Source of the DNA: Octopus sinensis
Taxonomy: Eukaryota
Length of the DNA: 64,000 nt
Direction: 5' to 3'
Assembly: GCF_006345805.1 (NCBI RefSeq)
Contig: NC_043011.1
Coordinates: forward strand, 45,706,464-45,770,463
Shown: positions 12,468 to 24,500 of the stretch, piece after piece
Layout: every line of letters starts with the position of its first letter
How positions within the stretch are numbered: the first letter of the stretch is position 1
Notes under the pieces: model-generated
What the model was told of the DNA's origin: nothing
The model's input: the letters and a program-made list of their open reading frames with translations, nothing else
Database searches by the model: none
Translations under genes and position numbers: made by a program

Positions 12468-12488
12468 ATATATATATATATATATATA

Positions 12489-12755
12489 CTCAAAGAAATT
12501 CCAACTTTGATTTTTACGTTTATTTAGAATCTTATAATAATATAAGATAATATAATATAATGAAATGATAGAACATTAAATGTCCATTCTGATTCTGATT
12601 GAACGAACACTTTCATGCAATAAACTATAATGCATGAAAGTACTAGTTCAATCAGAACAGACATTTAATATTCCATCATTTCATTATATCATATTAATTA
12701 TATTATTATAAGATTGTAAATAAAATGTGAAAATTAAAGTTGGAATTTCTTTGAG
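12489..12755. mobile_element. Tc1/mariner-type MITE (whole-length imperfect hairpin)
   Basis: TA|CTCAAAGAAATTCCAACTTT ... AAAGTTGGAATTTCTTTGAG|TA; the arms pair inward to TTTCATGCA/TGCATGAAA near 12620-12640. Confidence 0.85.
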
Positions 12756-12757
12756 TA

Positions 12758-12790
<33 letters not shown>

Positions 12791-12812
12791 CACACATACA
12801 TATATATTTACA

Positions 12813-12901
<89 letters not shown>

Positions 12902-13184
12902 CATATATATAAGAAATTAAAGAAGGAAAATTCACACACTTTACATAGTTTTAATATAATTTTTAATATATCTTGTATTGTGTTTGTTGACCGGTTTCGC
13001 TTTCACTAATCATGACATTAAAATTTTCTGAAGAAAATTTATTCATCAAAAAGTAAAGAACAAGTCTAAATATGCATGCTTTACAAACTTTGATCTCTAT
13101 ACATATTTTAATTCATGATTACATACCCATCACCTTAAATATTTCTCCCCACTACTTAGTTTTTAAATTTTTGTGTATCATCAT

Positions 13185-13483
13185 CATCATCATTCATCAT
13201 CATCGTTTAACGTCCGCTTTCATGCTAGCATGGGTTGGACGGTTCAACTGGGGTCTGGGGAGCCCGAAGGCTGCACCAGGCCAGTCAGATCTGGCAGGTT
13301 TCTACAGCTGGATGCCCTTCCTAACGCCAACCACTCCGAGAGTGTAGTGGGTGATTTTATGTGCCCACCGGACAAGGTGCCAGACGAGGCTGGTGAACGG
13401 CCACGCTCGGATGGTGTTTTTTTATGTGCCACCGACACAGATGCCAGATGAGGCTGGTGAACGGCCACGCTTGGATGGTGTTA
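13185..13483 (-). mobile_element. RTE-LINE 3' UTR with two ~60-bp units
   Basis: Same family as 46228-46590; units of the form GTGCC...GGTGCCAGACGAGGCTGGTGAACGGCCACGCTCGGATGGTG. Confidence 0.8.
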
Positions 13484-13765
13484 TATATATATTTATATAT
13501 ATATATATATGTATGTATATATATATATATACCCCACCTACCTAAAAATGAACAATTATCTCCCCTGTCCACAATAATAACGATAACCAATTACACACCC
13601 TTAGATTTTTCTACTTGTTGAATCATTCATTCATAAACTCCACACACAACATGGACAAAAATATTTTTCTTAACAAAATACGTATTTAAATAAATTTTAA
13701 TGTAATGATTAGTGAAAGTGAAACCGGTCAACAAACACAATACAACTTGTATACATAAGATAAAG

Positions 13766-14890
13766 TTGATCATGGTATGATTTGCCACAAACTGTGCAAT
13801 CTTGGCACAGCTGGAAAACCTGGAGAATGCTTATATGACTTTCTGAAACATAGAAGTCAGGCACTGGTAGTCAATGGAGCCACCTGAAAGGAAACACAAA
13901 TAGTGAGTGGTGTTCGACAGGGCACTGTCTTGGGACTGCTGCTTTTCATAGTGGCCCTCTCAGATATGCCCTTAGCTGCCCAGATAGCAACCCTTGCTAG
14001 CTATGCAGATGATACAAAAGTCTCGCAGAAAATACAAAATTCTAGTGATGTGGCATGCCTGCAGCAGGAGTTGGATGCAATTTACAGAAGGGCTGAGGAC
14101 AATAATATGCAGTTTAATGCTGGAAAATTCCAAGCCTTGTGCTACCAGCACCCAAAACTGAACAAAATCTTACAGGGCACACTGGCCCACGGGGGATTAC
14201 AATTGCAGAATTTAAATTAGTGCGTTTCCTGGGTATCGACATGAGTGATGATACTTCTTTCCAAGTGCAAATTACCAAGATAGCAACAAAATGCAGATGG
14301 CTGGCTGGATCCTGAGAATCTTTAGAACCAGTGAGAAGGAAACCATGAGGGTCCTCTGGAGGACATTCTTCCTCAGCCACCTGGACTGCTGCTCCCAACT
14401 GTAGTCACTCCACAGTATAAAATTGAAGCAATCCAGCAAAGCTTCAGAAAGAAGGTTGTCTCATTGCAACAACTCAGTTACTGAGAAAGGCTGAAACAGC
14501 TAAGACTCTACTCCCTAGAGTGAAGGCAGGAGAGATATGCAATAATATATATCTGAAAAATCCTGGAAGGGATTGTACAGTTTTTGGCATTGAAAGCTAC
14601 AAAAATGCCAGAATCTGTTGCCACTGTAATCCCACAAAATGCCTTCACACTTCAGGACCAGTTACTGCAACAGCCTGGGTTTCAAGGGCCCACAGCATTT
14701 TAATATTCTCCCAAAGAGCCTGAGGGACCTACACAAAGTAGATGTAGATGTTTTCAAAATGAAACAGGGTCTCTTCCTGTTGAGAGTCCCAGATGAACCT
14801 ACTTCGTGACAGGAGGCGCAAATGAAGTCAGCAACATCAAACTCCCTTATTGACCAAATACCAGATATCAGAGAAGGCTCTCAATAATAA
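13766..14890 (+). pseudogene. CR1/L2-clade LINE reverse transcriptase 3' fragment
   Basis: Reads DHGMICHKL...SGVRQGTVLGLLLF...SYADDTKVSQKI...LQQELDAIY...NNMQFNAGKFQ, the RT motifs QG and YADD; downstream frames contain stops and shifts. Confidence 0.9.
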
Positions 14891-15622
14891 CTGTAGCAAA
14901 ACAGCGGTACCATGGCGACAGCTTTGAGCTGAAACCAATTAAGGAATAAAATAATACACACACACACACACACACCACACACCATACACACACATATACA
15001 CATGGATATATATGTATATACATATTTATAACAACTTCTATCAATTACAAGAAAAAAAAGCTTCAGTGTATAATCAACATACGCTGTAATTAGTGTGTGT
15101 GTGTTTGTATATATATAAATATAAAATGTGACATTGTGTTCTTCACATAAGTGTGAGCATGTGTATGTGAATGTGTACCCATGCATTTAAGCCATTTAAC
15201 CAGGGAAGTAATGCAGATGCTGTGTGTGGAATGTGCTTTAGTTTCATGTAGATGGATTAAGTGATGCTGATGAGGATAATGTGTAAAGCATGTTTCGTAA
15301 AGATGAGTTGTGTTGTGACATGTTTGATGGTCTATGACAAATGCAGAACAAACATCACGTAGAGAACGAAATCACTTATTACATGTAGTTATGTTTTTTT
15401 TTATTTGTGAGCTGTCTTCTCTGCGAGTGCGTGTTGGTGTGTGTGTATATATGTTTGTGCGTGTGTGTGTATGTATGTGCTTGTATGTGTGTGTGTATGT
15501 GTGCGTGTATATAGGTGTATATGTATATCATCATCATCAGTGTGTATATATGTGTATATGTATATATGTGTGTAGTATATGTGTGTATATATATATATTG
15601 TATATATACATATATATATACA

Positions 15623-15880
15623 CCTGTGTCGGTGGCACATAAAAAACACCATCCGAGCGTGGCCGTTTGCCAGCCTCGTCTGGCACCTGTGTCGGTGGCA
15701 CATAAAATCACCCACTACACTCTCGGAGTGGTTGGCGTTAGGAAGGGCATCCAGCTGTAGAAACACTGCCAGATCTGACTGGACTGATGCAGCTTTCGGG
15801 CTCCCCAGACCCCAGTTGAAGCGTCCAACCCATGCTAGCATGGAAAGCGGACGTTAAATGATGATGATGATGATGATGAT
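15623..15880 (+). mobile_element. RTE-LINE 3' UTR with (GAT)n tail abutting the Penelope palindrome
   Basis: Family core and tail GGACGTTAAATGATGATG. Confidence 0.8.
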
Positions 15881-15884
15881 ATAT

Positions 15885-17400
15885 ATCTATACAATATGTT
15901 ACATTACTCGGTAGTCAAGATAAACTCTGAGTTTTTCAGATGCCGAAGTGGAAATCCACAACACCATCTCTCGGTTATCTGGCTATTTGAAAACGTTATG
16001 AAAAAATACCGTTAAAAATGAAGGGAAATTACTCTGTTATAACTCTGCTTTGCCTGCGTACTTATACATCGCTCGCATTTTTCGTCATAAAAGTTATATA
16101 AAATACATAAAAATATATAAAAATATATAAAAATATATAAAATCTCTCTTGGGACATACACAGAAAGCATGTTCTATCCGTTTTTCTTTAGGGGACCAAA
16201 AACGTAACAGAAATTTAGTCACATGTGGGCATGATCCGAAAAGCTCTGTCCTTGTATTTAGACATGTGGTAGGGTCTAAGCTGCTTTTCCAGATAAGCCA
16301 TCTCTCCATGTCGCATAAACCGCACCTTCCGCTGCCGTTAGTATAGGGCTTACACATCTGGCCAAAATCTTCCATTGTATGTTAAATCGACACCTTTATC
16401 TCTTAAAGACCAAATATGATTGGATAATTGTGTTGCTTTTCTTTTGTTCCAGTGCCTAAGCTAAAAGTGTGGTTATCGAACCTGGGCTTGAAATTACCCT
16501 CTGTCGGCCCACGTATTTCTTCGTCGAACGGTGTCTTTAGTGGTTATAGAGTTTACGGTAGCTTCATATATGATGGTCTTGGACATGCAAGCTCCATTTA
16601 GCGGGCACAATTCTTATTCCGCATTAACTTTTCTTTGTTTTCTTTTGTATGGTATGATTCTTTATGTTTTTAAAATTAAACAACTGCATGAACAGACTGT
16701 TTTCTTCTTGTGTTTTTTGTATGTTATGATTGCTATGTTTTTTAAAATTGGTAGTTGAACTAAAACTAATTTTTAAATTGTTTCTATTGAAGAGTTTCTA
16801 TAAGCATGTTAACTGGAAAATGTCTATCTATCAGTGCTAGGAAATATTTACCTATATTGAAGGCCACCTCGGGTGAGTAAGGGGGCGTAACCAGATGACC
16901 TTCCTATTTCTATTATTCCTTTTCCTTATTGTTGGGCTAGTGATAGGTGTATATTTTTTATTTTTCGCTAAAACCACTATCTTTTAAAGCTTTATTATAA
17001 ACTGGGGCAACGCTATTGAAGATGTCCTCATAGATGAGAGGCTAGGAAATCCTCTTACTAATATTTTTAACTAAATTTTTGAATACTATAGGGGATGGCA
17101 TGAACCTACATTAATATCTTAGTCTATCATTGGGCTTCCTATAAGGCTTATAAATATTATTAAGATCTAAGGAAACGTCTAAGAAATTGACAACCGTCAG
17201 GTTAGTGTCTATAGTTATACTAAGTCCGAAGTGTTTCATTAACTGGATAATATCCTTCCTAAAACGATCTTGTGCTGGTCCATTTGTATAGCTGTTAAGG
17301 CGAGGGCATCATCTTTGTAGATGGCGAAATGTACGTTAGGGAATGTCTTACCGAACGGTATCTAGAGAAGGAGTCAATTAGATCACAAATGCCTGCCCCA
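15885..17400 (-). mobile_element. Penelope-like element, 5'-truncated: RT palm/thumb, GIY-YIG endonuclease and 3' terminal region
   Basis: Minus strand: GAGICDLID, PNVHFAIYKDDALAL (catalytic YxDD), GLSITIDTNLTVVNFLDVSLDL, then CPLNGACMSKTIIYEATV...KKYVG and CKPYTNGSGRCGLC...LNTRTELFGSCPH; reading frame broken by 1-bp indels. Confidence 0.9.
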
Positions 17401-18690
17401 TCTTAGATCTAATAATAATATTTATAAGCCTTATAGGAAGCCCAATGATAGACTAAGTTATATTAAGTAGGTTCATGCCATCCCCCTATAGTATTCAAAA
17501 ATTTAGTTAAAAATTAGTAAGAGGATTTCTAGCCTCTCATCTAATGAGGACATCTTCAATAGCGTTGCCCCAGTTTATAATAAAGCTTTAAAAGATAGTG
17601 GTTTTAGCGAAAAAATAAAATATACACCTATCACAGCCCAACATAAGGAAAAGGAATAATAGAAATAGGAAGGTCATCTGGTTTACGCCCCCTTACTCAC
17701 CCGAGATGGCCTTCAATATAGGTAAATATTTCCTAGCACTGATAGATAGACATTTTCCAGTTAACCATGCTTATAGGGAAACTCTTCAATAGAACAATTT
17801 AAAAATTAGTTTTAGTTCAACTACCAATTTTTAAAAACATAAGCAATCATAACATACAAAAACACAAGAAGAAAACAGCTGTTCATGCAGGAATAAAGAA
17901 TTGTGCCCGCTAAATGGAGCTTGCATGTCCAAGACCATCATATATGAAGCTACCGTAAACTCTATAACCACTAAAGACACCGTTTCGACGAAGAAATACG
18001 TGGCCTGACAGAGGGTAATTTCAAGCCCAGGTTCAATAACCACACTTTGAGCTTAGGCACTGAACAAAAGAAAAAGCGACACAATTATCCAATCATATTT
18101 GGTCTTTAAGAGATAAAGTGTCGATTATAACATACAATGGAAGATTTTGGCCAGATGTAAGCCCTATACTAACGGCAGCGGAAGGTGCGGTTTATGCGAC
18201 ATGGAGAGATGGCTTATCTGGAAAAGCAGCGTAGACCCTACCACATGTCTAAATACAAGGACAGAGCTTTTCGGATCATGCCCACATGTGACTAAATTTC
18301 CTGTTACGTTTTTGGTCCCCTAAAGAAAACGGATAGAACATGCTTTCTGTGTTATGTCCCAAGAAGATTTTATATATTTTTATATTTTTGATATTTTTAT
18401 GTATTTTTATATAACTTTTATGACGAAAAATGCGAGCGATGTATAAGTACGCAGGCAAAGCAGAGTTATAACAGAGTAATTTCCTCATTTTTAACGTATT
18501 TTTCAACGTTTTCAAATAGCCAGATAAACCGAAGAGATGGTGTTGTGGATTTCCACTTCGGCATCTGAAACTCAGAGTTTTATCTTGACTACCGAGTAAT
18601 GTAACATATTGTATAGATAAATTTCCTCTATTTACATAATATTGAGGTCTCTTTCTTTCTTTTGTTATCTTACCGTTTTATCAATATAAT
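17401..18690 (+). mobile_element. Inverted second copy of the same Penelope-like 3' region
   Basis: 17401-18620 is the reverse complement of about 15885-17172; it lacks the YKDD-containing 17173-17400 segment and runs on to a (TA)n tract. Confidence 0.9.
18523..18584 (+). ncRNA. Hammerhead-like motif in the Penelope 3' terminal region (mirror copy at 15919-15979 on -)
   Basis: GATAA-A-CCGAAGA-GATG...CATC-T-GAAA-CTC-A-GAG-TT-TTATC: stem I GATAA/TTATC, stem II GATG/CATC, near-palindromic helix III; the core deviates (U4C, extra bases) and the two copies differ by 1-bp indels. Confidence 0.5.
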
Positions 18691-18691
18691 A

Positions 18692-18722
<31 letters not shown>

Positions 18723-20039
18723 GTATATATATATATGTATATATATATGTATATATACATATGTTTATATATATGTATATGTATGTATCTCTTTTGCTCT
18801 CTCTCTCTCTCTCATTCTTTATATATATATATATATATCATCATTAGCTTTGTCAATTAACATCTACTTTCCATGCTGGCATGCATAGGAGAACTTGACA
18901 GGAGCTGGTGAACCAGAGGATCATGCTAAGCTATACTGTCTGTTTTAGTATGGTTTCTGCAGTTGGATACTCTCCCTAATACCAACTACTTTACAGTATG
19001 CTTTACTGTATACTTTTTATATATATATATATGCGTGTATGTGAATGTTAGACATGGGTAGAATATGTCCATAAACATCCTGCTTGGTCCTGTGCTCATG
19101 CCATAAGATGATTTGAGCTCTCATTGAAGCCTTGTTGTGCGATATTAACGTGATATTGAAACTAATTTTCTGTGGTCCAGATTTCATCTCTATAAGGAAG
19201 AATACTCTCTACACATGCCCTGAAGATGGTCAGTGAATTAGTAGGGTAATGAGAGCATCAGATTACCTTGTGGTATTTGTTGTGGTTTTCTGCGCTCCGA
19301 GTTCAAATCTTACTGTAGTTTTCTGTAGTTGTATTGTAGTTGTATTAAGAGCTTATATTAAAGTATCAGGCCAGACCAGGCGAAATCTGGTATTGGCTGT
19401 ATTCTAAGAGCATTGGGTGAGATTCTTTTTGGTACCTATTCCAGCCCTCTCTGTATACTGAGATCAAATTCCGACTAAAATCTCTACCTTCCTAAAATAT
19501 CATTAATATCAAAAGTTGCATAAATCACCGGCTCTGTATCCAATTTAATCAAGAGTCTGTTACTGAAATTTAACTGAAAATAAAAGTATGATGTGTGAGT
19601 CTACAAGGACCTCAAACAGTGATGGAATTAGAGATAGGGGGTCACTAGCATAAAGGGAAAAATAGGGAACATTGGCAACCTTTGGCAGTTAGTTATTCAA
19701 AGTCAGAATGACCACAAACCAGTAAGAAATAACAGATCATGGCCTGCTAGAAGTAAGTATCAAATTCACCTCAAATTACACCCTGTGATGAATATAAAAT
19801 ATTTATGGATTGGTCAGAAATGGATGAACAGTCATTGGCCATGACCCTTTGTCAGGGACTCCTACAGTGGTAGGAGGAAGTGTCTTTCAAATTACAAATC
19901 TTTGTAACCAAGAAGCACCCATTAAAAGAACCCAAGGGATTACAGTGGTGTTGTTTAACCGGGCAATGGATTAAGAAGGATACTGGGAAAAAATACTTGA
20001 AAAATATCGTCCTTAATATAAAAAGAAAAACAAAATGGC

Positions 20040-20452
20040 TATAGTTGGAATACCTTTAATCATAGATCTGTTCAATCAGAACTGGCCCAGGATTAAACAA
20101 AAGCAACTGGAAAGGACACAATTGATAATGTAGTCCCATATGTACTATGCAGTGTTTTGTAACACACATACTGGCATACCTGGAATGCCTTTGATCTTAG
20201 GTCTATTCAGCCAAGACTGACCTAGGGTTAATCAAGAATGACTAGAAAGAATAGAATTGATATTGTAGTTACATATATATACTATGCTATGTTTCATAAC
20301 ATACATACTTGGCTGTGTGGTAACTAGCTTGCTTACCAACCACATGGTTCCGGGTTCAGTCCCATGGTGTGGCACATTGGGTAAGTGTCTTCTACTATAG
20401 CCTTGGGCCTTGTGAGTGGATTTGATAGACGGAAACTGAAAGAAGCTCTTCG

Positions 20453-20494
<42 letters not shown>

Positions 20495-20925
20495 GTGTGT
20501 GTGTGTGTGTGTTTGTGTGTCTGTGTTTGTCCCCCCAACATCGCTTGACAACCGATGCTGGTGTGTTTATATGCCCGAAACTTAGTGGTTCAGCAAAATA
20601 GACTGATAGAATAAGTACTAGGCTTACAAAGAATAAGTCCTAGCATTGATTTGCTCGACTAAAGGCAGTGCTCCAGCATGGCCACAGTCAAATGACTGAA
20701 ACAAGTAAAAGAGTATACCTGGAATGCCTTTGTTCTTAGGTCTATTTAGCCAGGACTGACCTAGGGTTAATCAAGAATGACTAGAAAGGATAGAATTGAT
20801 ATTGTAGTTACATATATATATACTATGCTATGTTTTATAACATGCATACTGTCATACCTGGAACACCTTTGAACCCGTGTCTGCTCAATCAGGACTGACT
20901 TAAGGCTAAGCAATCACAAGTAATT
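20040..20925. repeat. ~135-bp tandem repeat, four units (outer two diverged), interrupted by a SINE
   Basis: 20175-20309 and 20714-20850 are near-identical (ATACCTGGAATGCCTTTG...CATACT); 20040-20172 and 20851-20925 are diverged relatives. Confidence 0.75.
20310..20713 (+). mobile_element. tRNA-derived SINE (family A)
   Basis: TGGCTGTGTGGTAACTAGCTTGC...ACAAGTAAAAGAG, the same body as the other family A copies. Confidence 0.9.
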
Positions 20926-21199
20926 TGAATTAGGTTATGCTTGACGGAGAAAGGGTTTGGTTCCTGTTTTTGCCTTGCCTGTTTAGTTTTTAAAATGTCT
21001 TTTTCTATGTTTTAAATATTTGATGAAGTCTATAATGCCTTGGTTTTTGCTTGTTTTGGTTGAAAATGCAACAGCATGGAAGAATGACAAAAATGGCTCC
21101 GGCAGCATTCATAATTTAATAATAGTAATAATAAACTGATTAATTATAGAATTGGTGGTGCCACCCCACTATACCCCACAAGCATCTTTATTTAAAATT

Positions 21200-21650
21200 C
21201 AAAGAGGATAGAGAGGAGGAGGAGAGAGAGCGGAGGAGGAGAGAGAGAGGAGGAAGAGGAGAGAGAGGAGGAGGAAGGGAATGGAGAATTTGATGAGAAG
21301 AGGTGGAGGAAGGAGGAGGATGAGGGGAAGAAGATAGGAAGTGGAGCTGGAGGGGAAGTGGAGGAAGAAGTGGAGAACAAGTGGAAGGGGATGGGATGGG
21401 GGAAGAATTGGAGGAAGGGGAAGGAGGTAGTGGAGGAGGGAGGAGGAAGTGGAGAGGAAGAGAGGGAGAAGGGGAGTAGGAAGAAAAGAAAAGGAGAGAA
21501 GGAAGAGAAGGAAGGGGAAAGGGAAGATGAAGTGGAAGAGGAGGAGGAGGAAGAAGAAGAAGAAGGGGAGGAAAGGGAAGATGAAGTGGAGGAGGATGAA
21601 GAAGAAAAAGAAGAAGCGGAGGAGGAGGAGGAGGAAGAGGAAAGGCGTTC
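21200..21650. repeat. Polypurine (GAG/GAA/GGA) low-complexity tract
   Basis: Almost exclusively G and A on the + strand over ~450 bp. Confidence 0.9.
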
Positions 21651-21775
21651 AATTTGTTAATCAGGATGTGAAGATTTCATCAATTTGAAATACAATTGTG
21701 TGACACACAGACACCAAAGTACTGCTGACATATCAAGGATGGTGCAGCTGTAACAACAACACAACAACAACAACA

Positions 21776-21828
<53 letters not shown>

Positions 21829-21919
21829 TACTACTACTTCTACTCATAATATCCTGGATCAATCTCTTTGCACCATGCTCCTATCAATCTGATTAACAAA
21901 CCATCATTCACCATAATAC

Positions 21920-22106
21920 AGTTCTATATTTAAGAGATGAGGAATTATGTACATTATTTACATCATTTACATTATTTACATTTGATGGATATTTGTCCTC
22001 ATTTTGTTTGTTGCTAACACATTTTGGCTGATATACCCTCCAGCCTTCATCAGGTGTCTTGAGGGAAATTTCGAACCTGGGGTTCTCATTCCTAAGGTAT
22101 TTTTAA

Positions 22107-22173
<67 letters not shown>

Positions 22174-22318
22174 GTTATTATTATTCAGGTTAGTAGCCTA
22201 TGGGCATATGGCGTAGTGGTTAAGAGTGCGGGCTACTAACCCCAAGATTCCGAGTTTGATTCCAGGCAGTGACCTGAATAATAATAATAATAATAATGAT
22301 AATATTATTATTATTATT

Positions 22319-22355
<37 letters not shown>

Positions 22356-22520
22356 GTAATAATAATAATAATAATAACATCAAAAAATACCTTAGGAATG
22401 AGAACCCAGGTTTGAAATTTCCCCAAAACACCTGATTAAGGCTGGAGGATATATCAGCCAAAACGTTGTGCTAACAACAAACAAGATGAGGACAAATATC
22501 CATCAAATGTAAATAATAAT
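21920..22520. mobile_element. Inverted pair of a composite element: tRNA-like head + (TAA)n + HHR-bearing tail
   Basis: The + copy starts GGGCATATGGCGTAGTGGTTAAGAG...GAGTTTGATTCC (22202-22265), then (AAT)n, then ACACCTGATTAAGGCTG...CAGCCAAAACGTTGTG; 21960-22199 is a 5'-truncated reverse-complement copy. Confidence 0.8.
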
Positions 22521-23350
22521 TCACCATGTTACAATAACTGGCACAATGTGGGAGCCTATTTGTGGTAGGTCAATATGCTAGAGATAGTAGCCATTTTTGC
22601 CTCAGATCACATCTTACTGTTTTCATAATAAGGACCTTGAATTATGAGATCCTAGGGGATCTTTTCACTTTGACCGGCAGATTTTAAAAATAATTTCTTT
22701 GTAACTAAACACTTTTAAACTTTGTATACTGGTAGAATGTGTTACATAAAACATCTTTTTCTCTTGGCTTTCTTGAGAAAATTCTGTAGTTTGTAAGCTA
22801 TTGGTTGTTTAATTTCTTGCATTTTGGCAATTTCAACTAATCAATGACATCTATTGAGGTGAATACAATTTCTGCTGTAGTTTGTCAACAACATTTTCTA
22901 GTGTTTGTCAACAACAACAGCAGCAGCAGTAGTAACAACAACAACAACAACAACAACCTATGTCATATTGATTTACTACCTAGTGTGTATCTGTCTCTTA
23001 ATATTACATGAGCTCCTGTGTGGTTGCTTGATCTGCTAGAAATAGTAGTCATTAGATTGCACTGTCCTAGGTACTCTGTCCCTCAAATTAAGTCAGATTG
23101 TCATGGCTAGAGTTCTTTTAGATTAGAAATTTATTGGATTAGAGCTAACACGGGGGTGGGGAGGGGTGATGAACAGCTATTAACAACAAACACAGAAATA
23201 GCAACTACAACAAGAACAGCAGTAACAGCAACAATAACAACAACAACCACAGCAACAACAACAACAACAACAACAACATTTCGCTAAATAAACAACTGAG
23301 AAAAACAGGGGCAAAATAAGGAAGAACCAAATGTTTTAGTTTTACATAAA

Positions 23351-23746
23351 TACTAGCAGTATTGCCCGGCGTTGCTCGGGTTTGTTTCGACCCTTTAGAA
23401 TTGGAATTTTTGAAAAGTAAAAATTTTGCATTATGCAGCTTGTTATTCTCTTTAAGTAAACATTTTTCTGGTTGAAATACACCAAAAAATAGCGACACAG
23501 CAGTCAAGAAATCGTAAAAAAATTGGGATTTTCATAGGAAAAAAGCACCTTTTTGATGTAAGTAATTTTTGATGTTAACATGGTCTGATTTGAATTTTTT
23601 CTTCTACGGAATGAAGAGCAAGCCTTCTTCTATCATACTCTCAAATTTGGTCAACTTGCGCCACAGGGTCTTGGAGAAGATAGTGTTAGTTGAAGGCTAC
23701 CAAACCTGCCATACACAGACAATTTCAGCTTTATATATAGAGAGAT
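23351..23746 (+). mobile_element. Helentron-associated non-autonomous element (HINE/DINE-1-like)
   Basis: Starts TACTAGCAGTATTGCCCGGCGTTGCTCGGG (subterminal palindrome) and ends CAGCTTTATATATAGAGAGAT, the terminal pattern typical of this class. Confidence 0.65.
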
Positions 23747-24231
23747 AATTTAGAAAAATTCCCCAGTAAATGCTATATTACATCACGATTATCTGGGTTT
23801 TTTTTATAGTTAAGATACATGTTCCTTGTAGTAAGAATTTATGTCAGATTTATAATTAACAGTATTTTTTGCAATTTTTTTTACCAAATTTTAGTTTAAT
23901 GGTTAAAACTTCAATTTGCAACATTATAATACATAGTTATACTTATCAGTCCTAAAATTATTATTTAAGTATTGGTTTAATGTTATAGAATTCTTGTAAC
24001 AATAAAATTGTAGTTAATTTTTAACATGGCTTTTGTATAAGTTTAGTCTAGTATAATTTTAATTCTAAATTTGTAAATTCTAAATTTTATATTATAAGTT
24101 TAATTTTTAGTTTAACATATAAAATTCAATTTAACTGACATAAATAAAATAAATAACGTTTTTACTTTTCATAAAAACCAGTAAATTCTCTTTGGTTACT
24201 TATTTATCTAAATAAATTAACCACAGAAATA

Positions 24232-24500
24232 AATGTTTTTCCTTCATACTGACTGCTGAACCCCTGAAATCCAGTTCATTCAGCAATGTTGAGTGATCTG
24301 TCTCTGAATGCAGTCTAAGATGCTTGTAGCCTTTCTCTGAATGCAGTCCAGGATGCAACTAGGATAGCTGCACTGACCCAAATGCAGAACCAGTACTCCA
24401 TTGTGGACCTCACCCGAACTTTGTAGAGCATCAGTAATTATTGGGAAGGTTAGTGAAGAAGGGTTTGAAGTATTTCCTGACCCTGTAAAGAAGGGCCATT
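24232..24500 (-). pseudogene. CR1/jockey-group LINE post-RT fragment
   Basis: Minus strand LLMLYKVRVRSTMEYWFCIW...ILDCIQRKAT resembles the LYKxxVRPxxEY...LDRIQRKA motif. Confidence 0.7.

Noticed and set aside
19181-19228. 48-nt phase-1/phase-1 exon candidate (FISIRKNTLYTCPED), possibly joined to an acceptor at 26931
   Set aside because: Plausible splice sites but no recognisable protein; such site pairs arise by chance; CCCTGAAGATGG may instead be a decayed HHR start lacking GAAA
21188-21688. Pro/Leu/Ser-rich and Glu/Lys-rich ORFs
   Set aside because: They arise from a polypurine low-complexity tract; no splice or codon evidence
22202-22265. tRNA gene, and likewise the heads at 2900-2975, 35619-35690, 59760-59830 and 60362-60435
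   Set aside because: A/B boxes are present but no complete cloverleaf with acceptor stem and T-run terminator; each continues into a repeated SINE body
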